In this document: in pieces, positions 9,112 to 17,649 of the stretch
Numbering within the stretch: position 1 is the first letter of the stretch
How the letters are laid out: each line of letters opens with the position of its first letter
Notes under the pieces: model-generated
What the model was told of the DNA's origin: nothing
Seen by the model: only the letters and a program-made list of their open reading frames with translations
Database searches by the model: none
Made by a program: the position numbers and the translations under genes
From: Patescibacteria group bacterium
GTDB taxonomy: Bacteria > Pseudomonadota > Alphaproteobacteria > Rhodospirillales > Magnetospirillaceae
Assembly: GCA_035297005.1 (NCBI GenBank)
Contig: DATGZW010000325.1
Coordinates: 1-26,565 of the forward strand
DNA length: 26,565 nt
Reading direction: 5' to 3'

Positions 9112-10689
9112 ATGGCCGAGCCCGTCATCCGTCGCGCCCTGATTTCCGTTTCGGACAAGACCGGCCTGGTCGAGTTCGCTAAATTCCTGGCCGACCGGGG
9201 CGTCGAGCTGCTCTCGACCGGCGGCTCGGCCAAGGCTTTGCGCGATGCCGGCCTGCCGGTGAAGGAAGTCGCCGACCACACCGGCTTCCCCGAAATGCTC
9301 GATGGCCGGGTCAAGACCCTGCATCCGACCGTGCATGGCGGCATCCTGGGCATTCGCGGCAATGCCGAGCATGAAGCGGCGATGGCCGCGCATGGCATCT
9401 CGCCGATCGATCTGGTGGTGGTGAACCTCTATCCATTCGAGAGCACGGTCGCCAAGGGCGCCGCTTTCGAGGATTGCATCGAGAACATCGATATCGGCGG
9501 TCCGGCCCTGATCCGTGGCGCGGCCAAGAACCATGACCATGTCGCCGTGGTCGTCGATCCCGAGGACTATCAGGCCGTCATGGCCGAGATGAGCCAGAAC
9601 GGCGGCGCGACCACTCAGACCCTGCGCCGCTGGCTGGCGGCCACCGCCTATGCCCGCACCGGCGCTTACGACGCGGCAATTTCCGGCTGGTTCGCCGGTC
9701 AGGTCGGCGAGGCCTTTCCCCGCCGCATCGCCGCCGGTGCTCAGTTGAAGCAGATGCTGCGCTATGGCGAGAACCCGCATCAGCAGGCGGCTCTCTATGT
9801 CACCGGCAAGCAGCGTCCGGGCGTCGCCACCGCCGAGCAGTTGCAGGGCAAGGAACTGTCCTTCAACAACATCAACGACACCGACGCCGCCTTTGAGCTG
9901 GTTTCGGAATTCGACGCGCCGACCGTCGCCATCATCAAGCACGCCAACCCCTGTGGCGTGGCGTCCGGTACCAGCATGGTCGAAGCCTATCGCAAGGCCC
10001 TGTCCACCGATCCGGTCAGCGCCTTCGGCGGCATCATCGCCCTGAACCGCCCGCTCGACGGCCCCACCGCCGAAGAAATCGCCAAGCTGTTCACCGAAGT
10101 GGTGATCGCTCCCGAAGCCGATGACGCCGCCCGCGCCATCTTCGCGGCGAAGAAGAACCTGCGTTTGCTGGTCACCCATGGCTTGGCCGATCCCGCCGAA
10201 GTGGCGATGACCCTGCGCACCATTTCGGGCGGCTATCTGCTGCAAAGCCGCGACAGTGGCCGCGTCACCGAGCAGGATCTTAAGGTGGTGACCAAGCGCC
10301 AGCCGACCGCGCAGGAACTGGCCGACATGCTGTTCGCCTTCCGTGTCGCCAAGCACGTCAAGTCGAACGCCATTGTCTATGTCAAGCAGGGCCTGACCGT
10401 GGGCATCGGCGCCGGCCAGATGAGCCGTGTCGACAGCTCGCGCATTGCCGCCTGGAAAGCGCGCGAGGCGTCCGACGCCGCCAAGCTGGACCAGCCTTCG
10501 ACCATTGGGTCGGTGGTCGCCTCCGACGCCTTCTTCCCCTTCGCCGACGGCCTGTTGGCTGCCGCCGAAGCCGGGGCCACGGCGGTCATCCAGCCGGGCG
10601 GGTCGATGCGCGACGCCGAAGTGATCGCCGCCGCCGACGAAAAAGGTCTGGCGATGGTGTTCACCGGCATGCGCCACTTCCGCCACTAA
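9112..10689 (+). CDS. purH: Bifunctional AICAR transformylase/IMP cyclohydrolase (525 aa)
   Basis: [69 protein letters not shown] and [12 protein letters not shown] at 9112 follows GGGGGAG; the ORF-track start at 8770 is an artefact. Confidence 0.98.
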   Translation: MAEPVIRRALISVSDKTGLVEFAKFLADRGVELLSTGGSAKALRDAGLPVKEVADHTGFPEMLDGRVKTLHPTVHGGILGIRGNAEHEAAMAAHGISPIDLVVVNLYPFESTVAKGAAFEDCIENIDIGGPALIRGAAKNHDHVAVVVDPEDYQAVMAEMSQNGGATTQTLRRWLAATAYARTGAYDAAISGWFAGQVGEAFPRRIAAGAQLKQMLRYGENPHQQAALYVTGKQRPGVATAEQLQGKELSFNNINDTDAAFELVSEFDAPTVAIIKHANPCGVASGTSMVEAYRKALSTDPVSAFGGIIALNRPLDGPTAEEIAKLFTEVVIAPEADDAARAIFAAKKNLRLLVTHGLADPAEVAMTLRTISGGYLLQSRDSGRVTEQDLKVVTKRQPTAQELADMLFAFRVAKHVKSNAIVYVKQGLTVGIGAGQMSRVDSSRIAAWKAREASDAAKLDQPSTIGSVVASDAFFPFADGLLAAAEAGATAVIQPGGSMRDAEVIAAADEKGLAMVFTGMRHFRH

Positions 10690-10697
10690 GCGGCCGC

Positions 10698-10725
10698 GAC
10701 GGGGGGCGAGGTTTCGCTCTCCGTC
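10698..10725 (+). terminator. GC-rich hairpin after purH (possible terminator or stabiliser)
   Basis: gacggggggcga-ggtt-tcgctctccgtc: 12-bp stem with two G-U pairs, 8 nt after the stop. Followed by pyrimidines but no clean U-run. Confidence 0.4.
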
Positions 10726-10737
10726 CCCCGCTCTCCT

Positions 10738-11724
10738 TTGGAACCGATCCCCCTGGTGGCTCCGACCGTCCCCCGTATCCTGTTCATCACCTCGAACCGC
10801 ATCGGCGATGCGGTGCTGGCCTCGGGCGTGCTCGACCAGTTGGTGCGTCAGTATCCCGACGCCCGCGTGACGGTGGCCTGTGGAGCCTTGCCAGCCCCGC
10901 TATTCGCCGATCTGCCGGGGCTGGAGCGCCTGCATGTGATGACCAAGCGCAAGCGCGGCGGCCACTGGTGGGATCTGTGGAAAGCATGTGCCGGCACGCG
11001 ATGGACGGTGGTCGCCGATCTGCGCGGCTCGCTGTTCGGCTGGACCGTTTGGTCGGGACGCCGTCAGGTTGTGCGTGCCGACAAACGTCACGAACATCGG
11101 GTCGAGGAACTGGCCCGCATGCTGCGCCTACCCAGCCTGCCCGATCCTCGGCTATGGGTGTCGGACGACCGCGACCGCCGTGCCGTGGCGCTGTTGGGCG
11201 GCGATGTTCCGGTGCTGGCGGTGGGGCCGACCGCCAATTGGGGAGCCAAACAATGGCCGGCTGAGCGCTTCGCCGAGACGGTATTGCGCCTGACCGCCCC
11301 CGACGGCATTCTCCCCGGTGCCCGCATCGCCGTCTTCGGCGCCCCTAACGAACGCGCCGCCGCCCAAGCGGTGTTGGACGCCGTGCCGAACGAGCGGTTG
11401 CTGGACTGCATCGGTATGCCTGATTTGCTCGACGCCTTCGCCACCCTGCGCCGCTGCCGCTTCTATCTGGGCAATGATTCCGGACTGATGCACATGGCCG
11501 CCGCCGCCGGCACGCCGACCCTGGGGCTGTTCGGCCCCAGCCCGGATTGGCGCTATGGCCCCTGGGGCGCGCGCTGCGCCGTGGTCCGTACCCCGGAAAG
11601 CTTCGAGCAACTGGTCTATGCCAGCAGTTTCGACCACCGCAATCAGGACAGCTTGATGCTCAGTCTGAACGTGGACAGCGTGATCGAGGCGGCGGACGAT
11701 TTGTGGAAGCGCGTCAGCGCTTAA
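10738..11724 (+). CDS. GT9 family glycosyltransferase (heptosyltransferase-like) (328 aa; start TTG 10738 or GTG 10756)
   Basis: ILFITSNRIGDAVL, AKQWPAERF and YLGNDSGLMHMAAAAGTPTLGLFGP are GT9 signatures. Confidence 0.9.
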   Translation: MEPIPLVAPTVPRILFITSNRIGDAVLASGVLDQLVRQYPDARVTVACGALPAPLFADLPGLERLHVMTKRKRGGHWWDLWKACAGTRWTVVADLRGSLFGWTVWSGRRQVVRADKRHEHRVEELARMLRLPSLPDPRLWVSDDRDRRAVALLGGDVPVLAVGPTANWGAKQWPAERFAETVLRLTAPDGILPGARIAVFGAPNERAAAQAVLDAVPNERLLDCIGMPDLLDAFATLRRCRFYLGNDSGLMHMAAAAGTPTLGLFGPSPDWRYGPWGARCAVVRTPESFEQLVYASSFDHRNQDSLMLSLNVDSVIEAADDLWKRVSA

Positions 11725-13655
11725 GCCATCCACCGGCTGCGCCATTCTTCCAGCATAAGAACGTCCCACAGCAGATGTTGGCGGTTCCACCGGCCCGACA
11801 GATGCTCGGCCCATAGCCGGCGCACGGGGGCGGGATCGATCAGTCCGGCGTCGCGCAGGCGGGTCTCATCCAGCAAGGACTCGGCCCAATCGCGCAAGGG
11901 GCCGCGCAGCCACGGGCCGATGGGCAGGCCGAAGCCCATCTTCGGGCGCTCCAGCAAGGCGCGCGGCACATGGCGGTACAGCACCTGCTTCAGCAGCCAT
12001 TTCCCGCCGCCGTCGCGCAATTTCAGCGACTGCGGCAGGCTCCAGGCGAATTCGTACAGCCGGTGGTCGAGCAGCGGCACCCGCGCCTCCAGCGACACCG
12101 CCATGGTGGCGCGGTCCACCTTGGTCAGGATGTCGTCGGGCAAATAGGTCAGCGCGTCCAGCACCTGCATGCGGTCCATGCCGTTGGGAAAGTCGGTCAG
12201 CATAAGGGCGTCCCAAATGGCTCCGTGCGGCTCATGCCCGCCCACCACCATTTGGTCGGGGTTTTCCCAATGCGAGACCAGCCGGCGATAGCGCCCCATC
12301 TCGTCGAGTTCCAGCACGCCGGCCAGCTTATGCACCTTGTCGCCCAGTTGCGGCAGCCGCAGCCGCGCCGGGATCAGTCCAGCCAGCTTGTCCCAGGCGG
12401 ACGGCGAGGCCATGCGCAACGCGTTCGCCACGCCGCGCCGGGTCGCCGGCGGCATCTTGCCCAGGATGCTTTGCAGGCGGCCCGACCAGAAATAGCGGTT
12501 ATAGCCGGCGAACAATTCGTCTCCGCCATCGCCCGACAGCGCCACGGCGACATGCTGGCGGGTCATCTTGGCCAGCAGCAGGGTGGGGATCTGCGAGGAA
12601 TCGGCGAAGGGCTCGTCATACCAATCAGCCAGATGCGGCACCAGATCGAGGGCATGTGACGGCTCAACGATCAGTTCGGTATGCTCGGTGCCCAGATGGC
12701 GGGCGACCGCCGCCGCATGCTGCGATTCGTCGTAACCCTCCACCGGGAAGCCGATGGAAAAGGTCCGCACCCGCGCCCCCGGCTTGGTCCGCATCAAGGC
12801 GACCACGGTGGAGGAATCGATCCCTCCCGACAGAAACGCCCCCAGCGGAACGTCGGCGACCATTTGCCGATGCACGGCGTCGGTCAGCAGGGCTTCCAAC
12901 TGGTCGGTGGCCTCGGCGTCGGACCAGTCGCGGCGGGTGGCGATGCCATCGCGCGCGGCTAAGCGGGCGTCCCAATAGACGCGGTCGTCGATCACGCCAT
13001 CGGGGCCGATGGTCAGGATGTGGCCCGGCTCCAGCTTGGCCACGCCTTGATAGATGCTCAATGGGGCGGGGACATAGCTATGGCGGAGGAAACCGGCCAC
13101 GGCGTCGCGGTTGATCTCCGCTTGCCAGCCGCCGCAGGCGCGCAGCACCTTCAGCTCGGACCCCCACAGCACGGTTTGGCCGAAGCGGCCCCAGAACAGC
13201 GGCTTGATGCCCAAGCGGTCGCGCGCCAGCGACAGCCGCCGCTCGGCGCGGTCCCACACCGCTATGGCGAACATGCCGTTGAAGCGGCGGATGGTCGCCT
13301 CGACGCCCCAGGCGGAGAAGCCTTCGACCAGGACTTCGGTGTCGGAATGGCCGCGGAAGCGGTGGCCGAGCATCGCCAGTTCGGCGCGCAACTCGTCGGC
13401 GTTGTAGCCCTCGCCGTTATAGACGATGACGAAGCGCCCATCGGCCGAAGCCATCGGCTGCGCCCCGGCCGGCGACAAATCGATGATCGACAGGCGGCGA
13501 TGCCCCAAGGCGATGCCCGCCGAAGTATCGATCCAGCGGTCGCCCGCGTCGGGGCCGCGATGCACCATGCTGTCGGTCATGGCGGTGATGCGGGCGGTCA
13601 GGGCGTCCTCGCCGGTCGCCCGTCCCAGGTCCAGCAGGCCTGCGATGCCGCACAT
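11721..13655 (-). CDS. asnB: Asparagine synthase (glutamine-hydrolysing)-family amidotransferase (644 aa)
   Basis: N-terminal MCGIAG (Ntn Cys), HRGPD, GHRRLSIIDLS, YNGE, SDTEV, ARDRLGIKPL, AFLSGGIDSS, LSGDGGDELFAGY, YLPDDILTKVDR and K.GF. SD AGAGGA. The real substrate may be a glycan. Confidence 0.93.
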   Translation of the reverse strand: MCGIAGLLDLGRATGEDALTARITAMTDSMVHRGPDAGDRWIDTSAGIALGHRRLSIIDLSPAGAQPMASADGRFVIVYNGEGYNADELRAELAMLGHRFRGHSDTEVLVEGFSAWGVEATIRRFNGMFAIAVWDRAERRLSLARDRLGIKPLFWGRFGQTVLWGSELKVLRACGGWQAEINRDAVAGFLRHSYVPAPLSIYQGVAKLEPGHILTIGPDGVIDDRVYWDARLAARDGIATRRDWSDAEATDQLEALLTDAVHRQMVADVPLGAFLSGGIDSSTVVALMRTKPGARVRTFSIGFPVEGYDESQHAAAVARHLGTEHTELIVEPSHALDLVPHLADWYDEPFADSSQIPTLLLAKMTRQHVAVALSGDGGDELFAGYNRYFWSGRLQSILGKMPPATRRGVANALRMASPSAWDKLAGLIPARLRLPQLGDKVHKLAGVLELDEMGRYRRLVSHWENPDQMVVGGHEPHGAIWDALMLTDFPNGMDRMQVLDALTYLPDDILTKVDRATMAVSLEARVPLLDHRLYEFAWSLPQSLKLRDGGGKWLLKQVLYRHVPRALLERPKMGFGLPIGPWLRGPLRDWAESLLDETRLRDAGLIDPAPVRRLWAEHLSGRWNRQHLLWDVLMLEEWRSRWMA

Positions 13656-13714
13656 TGGTTCGGTTCCTCTTAGCGCCGTGATCTAGACATAAGAATCGCG
13701 TCTAATCTCTTTTT

Positions 13715-13825
13715 CGTCATGCCCGGACTTGTTCCGGGCATCCACGCGGATGCATCATAACATATTGTTTATAATGCAGTTTAGGCTGAGCGGCGTGGAT
13801 GGCCGGGACGAGCCCGGCCATGACG
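13715..13825. repeat. Inverted doublet of CGTC-tagged REP-like palindromes with AT-rich spacer
   Basis: Left arm CGTC-ATGCCCGGA-cttgt-TCCGGGCAT-CCACGC (13715-13747). Right arm on the minus strand CGTC-ATGGCCGGG-ctcgt-CCCGGCCAT-CCACGC (13825-13793). A 45-nt mostly AT-rich spacer lies between them. Confidence 0.85.
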
Positions 13826-13866
13826 GGGGGGGGGACTGTCCCACGCTTTTTGAATGGGCCGAAGCA

Positions 13867-14901
13867 CTACGCGATCAGCCGTTCGAAGGCTTCGGCGGCC
13901 TGCGGCCAGCCCCAGCGGCCTTGCAAGCTCAGCGCTTTGCGGTGCTGGTCCAGCCACAGCGTGTCGTCGGTCAGCAGGCGGATACCGGCCTTGGCGAAGT
14001 CCTCGGCCCCGGAAACGACGAAGCCGGTTTCGCCATCGACGATGCGTTCCTTCATGCAGGCGATGTCCTCGACCACGCCGGGCAGGCCCATGGCCTGGGG
14101 TTCGGCGACGGCGTTGCAAAAGGTCTCGCCGATGTCGCCGCGATAGAGGAAGCAGCGGGCTTGGCGCATTTCCTCGACCAATTGGCTTTTCGGCACCGGC
14201 CCGCGCAGGATCACACCCTGCCCCGCCATCGAGGCGGCGCGGTCGAGAATCGGCGTCATCTTGCCGGCCTTGGCGGCTCCAGCGGCGCCATAGATCGAGG
14301 CTCCGGCGAAGATATGCAACTCGCCGCCCGGCACTTTGGGGGCAATGCGCTCGGCCCAGACGTCGAGCAGCCAATCCAGCGAGCGCAGCGGGTTGGACAG
14401 GAACACCGCGCGCGGCGGCGGCGCTTCGCTGCGCTCGGCGGCACCGAGAAAGATCGGGGTGATGCCATAGGGGATGATCACCCGCTGACCGGCAAAGGCC
14501 CAGGATGGATAGGTGGACAGGTGACTGTCGCCGGAAAATACGATCACCGGGCGGCGCAGGAACAGCGGCCACTGATAGCGCGGCTTCAACAGATAGCCGG
14601 CGGGATTGTGAATCCAGAACACCGTGCGCCGCGCCCCCCGGCACAGCGGGATCAGGTGGTTCGAACGGTTGGCGATGTAAAGGTCGGCGGACTCCGGCAC
14701 ACCCTGATCGAGCGGCGACCAGCGCACGCCCTTCCAGGTCAGGGATGCGTCGCAGCGGTTATGCACCGACACGTCATGGCCGCGCGCGGCCAGCACTTCG
14801 GCCAGTTCGGCGAAAGCGGATTCGGCTCCGCCCAACGGCTTCTGGTCCTTGACCTGCCCGTCGAAGCTGATGCCGTCATCGGTCATGACCACGCGCGCCA
14901 T
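13867..14901 (-). CDS. GT4 family glycosyltransferase (344 aa)
   Basis: Start MARVVMTDDG at ATG 14901 (SD GAGGA, 2 nt after the upstream stop). PLGGAESA, RGHDV and the Ex7E motif ETFCNAVAE followed by QAMGLPGV. Confidence 0.9.
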   Translation of the reverse strand: MARVVMTDDGISFDGQVKDQKPLGGAESAFAELAEVLAARGHDVSVHNRCDASLTWKGVRWSPLDQGVPESADLYIANRSNHLIPLCRGARRTVFWIHNPAGYLLKPRYQWPLFLRRPVIVFSGDSHLSTYPSWAFAGQRVIIPYGITPIFLGAAERSEAPPPRAVFLSNPLRSLDWLLDVWAERIAPKVPGGELHIFAGASIYGAAGAAKAGKMTPILDRAASMAGQGVILRGPVPKSQLVEEMRQARCFLYRGDIGETFCNAVAEPQAMGLPGVVEDIACMKERIVDGETGFVVSGAEDFAKAGIRLLTDDTLWLDQHRKALSLQGRWGWPQAAEAFERLIA

Positions 14902-14903
14902 GG

Positions 14904-15653
14904 TTATTCGTCCTCGTATTTGGCCTTGAGGTAGGACACCAGCGGGTAGATGGCGGCGAACAAAGCGATCAGGAATCCATGCCCGCCCTCGCGCCAGCCG
15001 CTGCGGCTGATATAGCAGCGCCAAAAGCGCGAGACGATGCGCCGGGCATTGTGCGGACCCGAACCGATCTTTCCCGACTCGCGCAAATCCTTGGCCCGCG
15101 CGGTGGAATAGGCGTCCAGGCGGCGGATCATATCGGAAATGTTACGATCGACGTAATGCTGAACGCGGTTATGCAGCGCCGGCCCTTTTTTGCCGATCAG
15201 GGTCAGGCGCGGATGCACCCGGTCATTGCCCCAGCGCTTGGCTTCCTTGCGGAACAGCCCCGGATAAGCGGGCTTGCCGAAGGACGCGCCCCAGCCGCGC
15301 CGGACTAGCTTCTTGCCGATCCAGTTATCGACGGGGATGTCATGATAGGCATAGGTCGAGTTGTCGGCCATGCCGCGCAGTTCGGCGGCCAGGGCCGGAG
15401 TCGCGTGCTCGTCGGCGTCGAACTCGACGATCCAATCGCCCCGGCAGAACTCGATGCCGGTGTTGCGGCGCGGCCCCTCCAACTCCCACGATCCTTCGAC
15501 GATGCGGTCGGTGAAGCGTTGGGCGATGGCTTTGCTGCCATCGGTGCATTTATCGAGGACGACGACGATTTCGTCGGCGAAGGCCAGCTTTTCCAGGCAG
15601 GCGGCCAGACGGTCTTCCTCGTTATGGACGACGACCAGGGCGGACAGCATCAT
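14904..15653 (-). CDS. GT2 family LPS glycosyltransferase, WaaE/KdtX-like (249 aa)
   Basis: LSALVVVHNEE..L..CL, DEIVVVLD.CTDGS, RN.GI...GDW..FDADE and C-terminal R.FW..Y....GWREG..GF.IA. Start overlaps the gmhB stop (ATGA). Confidence 0.88.
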   Translation of the reverse strand: MMLSALVVVHNEEDRLAACLEKLAFADEIVVVLDKCTDGSKAIAQRFTDRIVEGSWELEGPRRNTGIEFCRGDWIVEFDADEHATPALAAELRGMADNSTYAYHDIPVDNWIGKKLVRRGWGASFGKPAYPGLFRKEAKRWGNDRVHPRLTLIGKKGPALHNRVQHYVDRNISDMIRRLDAYSTARAKDLRESGKIGSGPHNARRIVSRFWRCYISRSGWREGGHGFLIALFAAIYPLVSYLKAKYEDE

Positions 15654-16240
15654 GACGCGGTGCTCCGTGCGGTTTGGGCGGTCCCGACCATTCGTTCGAT
15701 CCAGGCGGCGGCGGCGGGAAGGTCATCGACGACCACGGCGGGGGCGCAGTTTTCCGCCGCTTCGGTCTTGGCCCCATAGCCGGTGCGGACCAGAATGGCG
15801 GTGGCGCCAACGGCTTGGCCCATCTCGATGTCGAGAGCCTTGTCGCCGACCAGAAAGGCCAGTTTGGGGTCGAAGCCATGCTCGGCGACGGCTTGTTCGA
15901 CCATTCCCGGCAATGGCTTGCGGCAGCGGCAATCGTCTTCGGGGCTGTGTGGACAGATGTAAATGCCATCCAGGGTGACGCCTTCGGCGGCCAAAAGTTC
16001 GGTCAGGCGCTCATGCACCTTGGATAACATTTCGAGGTCGAAATATCCTCGCGCGACGCCCGATTGGTTGGTCACCACGGCAATGCCGAAGCCCAGTTCG
16101 CTCAGCCGGCGCAAAGCCGGGCCGACACCGGGATAAAGCTCCAACTGATCGGGGGAGGACAAATAGTTCCGCTCGACATTGACGGTGCCGTCGCGGTCCA
16201 GCAGGACGAAGCGGCGTGGACTGGCGGGGGCTTGGGTCAC
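15650..16240 (-). CDS. gmhB: D-glycero-D-manno-heptose 1,7-bisphosphate phosphatase (HAD IIIA) (196 aa)
   Basis: LDRDGTVN (DxD), VVTNQSGVARG, CPHSPEDDCRCRKPLPGM and GDKALD. GTG at 16240 overlaps the rsmB stop (GTGA), with TGGAG upstream. Confidence 0.92.
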   Translation of the reverse strand: MTQAPASPRRFVLLDRDGTVNVERNYLSSPDQLELYPGVGPALRRLSELGFGIAVVTNQSGVARGYFDLEMLSKVHERLTELLAAEGVTLDGIYICPHSPEDDCRCRKPLPGMVEQAVAEHGFDPKLAFLVGDKALDIEMGQAVGATAILVRTGYGAKTEAAENCAPAVVVDDLPAAAAWIERMVGTAQTARSTAS

Positions 16241-17523
16241 AGTCGCTCCAGGCGTGCGGCGAAGAAGCCATCCATACCACCTTTCTCCGCCATATGGCAG
16301 GGCAGGCTGCGCAGGTCGCCGACGGCGGTCACGCCTTCGGACCAGCCGCCCAAATCGGCGGCGGTGATGGGGATGCGGCGCGCCGGAGCATGTCCGGCCA
16401 GCAGCGCGTCGATGCGCTCGGCGCCTTCCTCGTATTGCAGGGAACAGGTGCAATAGACCAGCGTGCCGCCCGGCTTCAGCATGTCCAGCGCCGCCAGCAG
16501 CAGGCGGTCTTGGGTGGCGGCCAGCTTGGCGATATCGGCGGGATGCTTCAGCCACAGCGCATCAGGGTGGCGGCGCAGGGTGCCGGTGGCCGAGCACGGC
16601 GCGTCGAGCAACACGGCGTCGAGCGGCGAATCGGGACGCCACACGGCGGCGTCGGCGGTGACCACCTCGGCCCACAGATCCAGCCGGTCGAGGTTCTTCA
16701 TCAGCCGGTCCAGCCGCTTTTCCGAGCGGTCGAGGGCGGTGACCCGCGCCCCGGCAGCGGCCAGTTGCGAGGTCTTGCCGCCGGGTGCCGCGCAAAGATC
16801 GGCGACCCGTTTGCCGGTGATGTCGCCCAGCAGGCGGGCGGGCAGCGCGGCGGCGGCGTCTTGCACCCACCATGCGCCCTCGGCATAGCCGGGCAAGGCG
16901 GAGACCTGACCGCCAGCGGCGCGGCGCAGGGTGCCGCCGGGCAGGATTTCCGCCTCTAGCGGTCCGGCCCACAAAGCGGGGTCGCCTTTGACGCTGATAT
17001 CCAGCGGCGCTTCATGCAGATGCGCCTCGCCGATGGCCCGCGCGGTGGCGGCGCCATAGGCGGCGCTCCATGATTGCCACATCCACGGCGGGGTGTTCAG
17101 GCGCGGAGCATCCTGGGCGTCGGCCAGCGCGCGGCCCTCGCGGGAGATGCGGCGCAACACGGCGTTGATCAGTTTCTGATGCGCGGTCAGCTTGGCGGCC
17201 TTGGCCATGTTGACGGCGGTATCGACGACGGCATGCGGCGGCACCTCAAGGAACACCAACTGCGCCACGCCCATGCGCAGGATGTCCTGCGCCAAGCTGG
17301 CCTTGGCCGGCAGCGGGTCTTTCAGGCAATGGGCAATCAAGGCGTCGATCTGGCCCAGGCGTCGCAAGGTGGTGGCGACCAGCAGGCGGGCGAAGCCGCG
17401 CTCGCGTTCCTCCTCCAGCCCGCTCAGGTCGAGGGCGTCGTCGAGCGCCAGCCGGCGGCGCAATACATTGCTCAAGCCGTTGAGGGCGACGGCACGCGCG
17501 CCGAACGCGTCGCGCGAGATCAA
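16237..17523 (-). CDS. rsmB: RsmB/NOP (Sun/Fmu) RNA m5C methyltransferase with NusB-like N-terminal domain (428 aa; start uncertain)
   Basis: NusB-like region (LINAVLRR), WWVQDAAA, DLCAAPGGKT, LLDAPCSATG..RRHPD, YCTCSL..EE and DGFFAARL. The TTG start has no SD. Confidence 0.9.
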   Translation of the reverse strand: MISRDAFGARAVALNGLSNVLRRRLALDDALDLSGLEEERERGFARLLVATTLRRLGQIDALIAHCLKDPLPAKASLAQDILRMGVAQLVFLEVPPHAVVDTAVNMAKAAKLTAHQKLINAVLRRISREGRALADAQDAPRLNTPPWMWQSWSAAYGAATARAIGEAHLHEAPLDISVKGDPALWAGPLEAEILPGGTLRRAAGGQVSALPGYAEGAWWVQDAAAALPARLLGDITGKRVADLCAAPGGKTSQLAAAGARVTALDRSEKRLDRLMKNLDRLDLWAEVVTADAAVWRPDSPLDAVLLDAPCSATGTLRRHPDALWLKHPADIAKLAATQDRLLLAALDMLKPGGTLVYCTCSLQYEEGAERIDALLAGHAPARRIPITAADLGGWSEGVTAVGDLRSLPCHMAEKGGMDGFFAARLERL

Positions 17524-17588
17524 CCGCGTGATCCGGGACGGGAGGCGGCAAGGGTCGTGGGAATGCTCATATCTTTTTCGATCCGCGA

Positions 17589-17617
17589 TTGATCCGCCGG
17601 GCGGACATGAATAAGTA
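17589..17617 (+). promoter_or_regulatory. Putative sigma70-type promoter for the DUF1674 gene
   Basis: TTGATC (17589-17594), 17 nt, TAAGTA (17612-17617). Pattern match only. Confidence 0.4.
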
Positions 17618-17637
17618 TGCCGGTCTCATCGTTCAAG
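17609..17637 (-). promoter_or_regulatory. Putative sigma32 (RpoH)-type promoter for the rsmB-gmhB operon
   Basis: Minus strand CTTGAA-N16-CTTATTC versus the alphaproteobacterial RpoH consensus CTTGAA-N15/16-CyTATnT; the last position mismatches. Confidence 0.4.
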
Positions 17638-17649
17638 AGGTTCGACGCC

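Noticed and set aside
7383-10686. Long antisense ORFs over capD-like (7383-9398) and purH (9061-10686)
   Set aside because: Stop-poor antisense frames are expected in high-GC genes, and the sense strand carries the recognisable enzymes.
13729-14934. 401-aa plus-strand ORF starting inside the REP element
   Set aside because: It is antisense to the GT4 gene, and its N-terminus is just translated repeat DNA.
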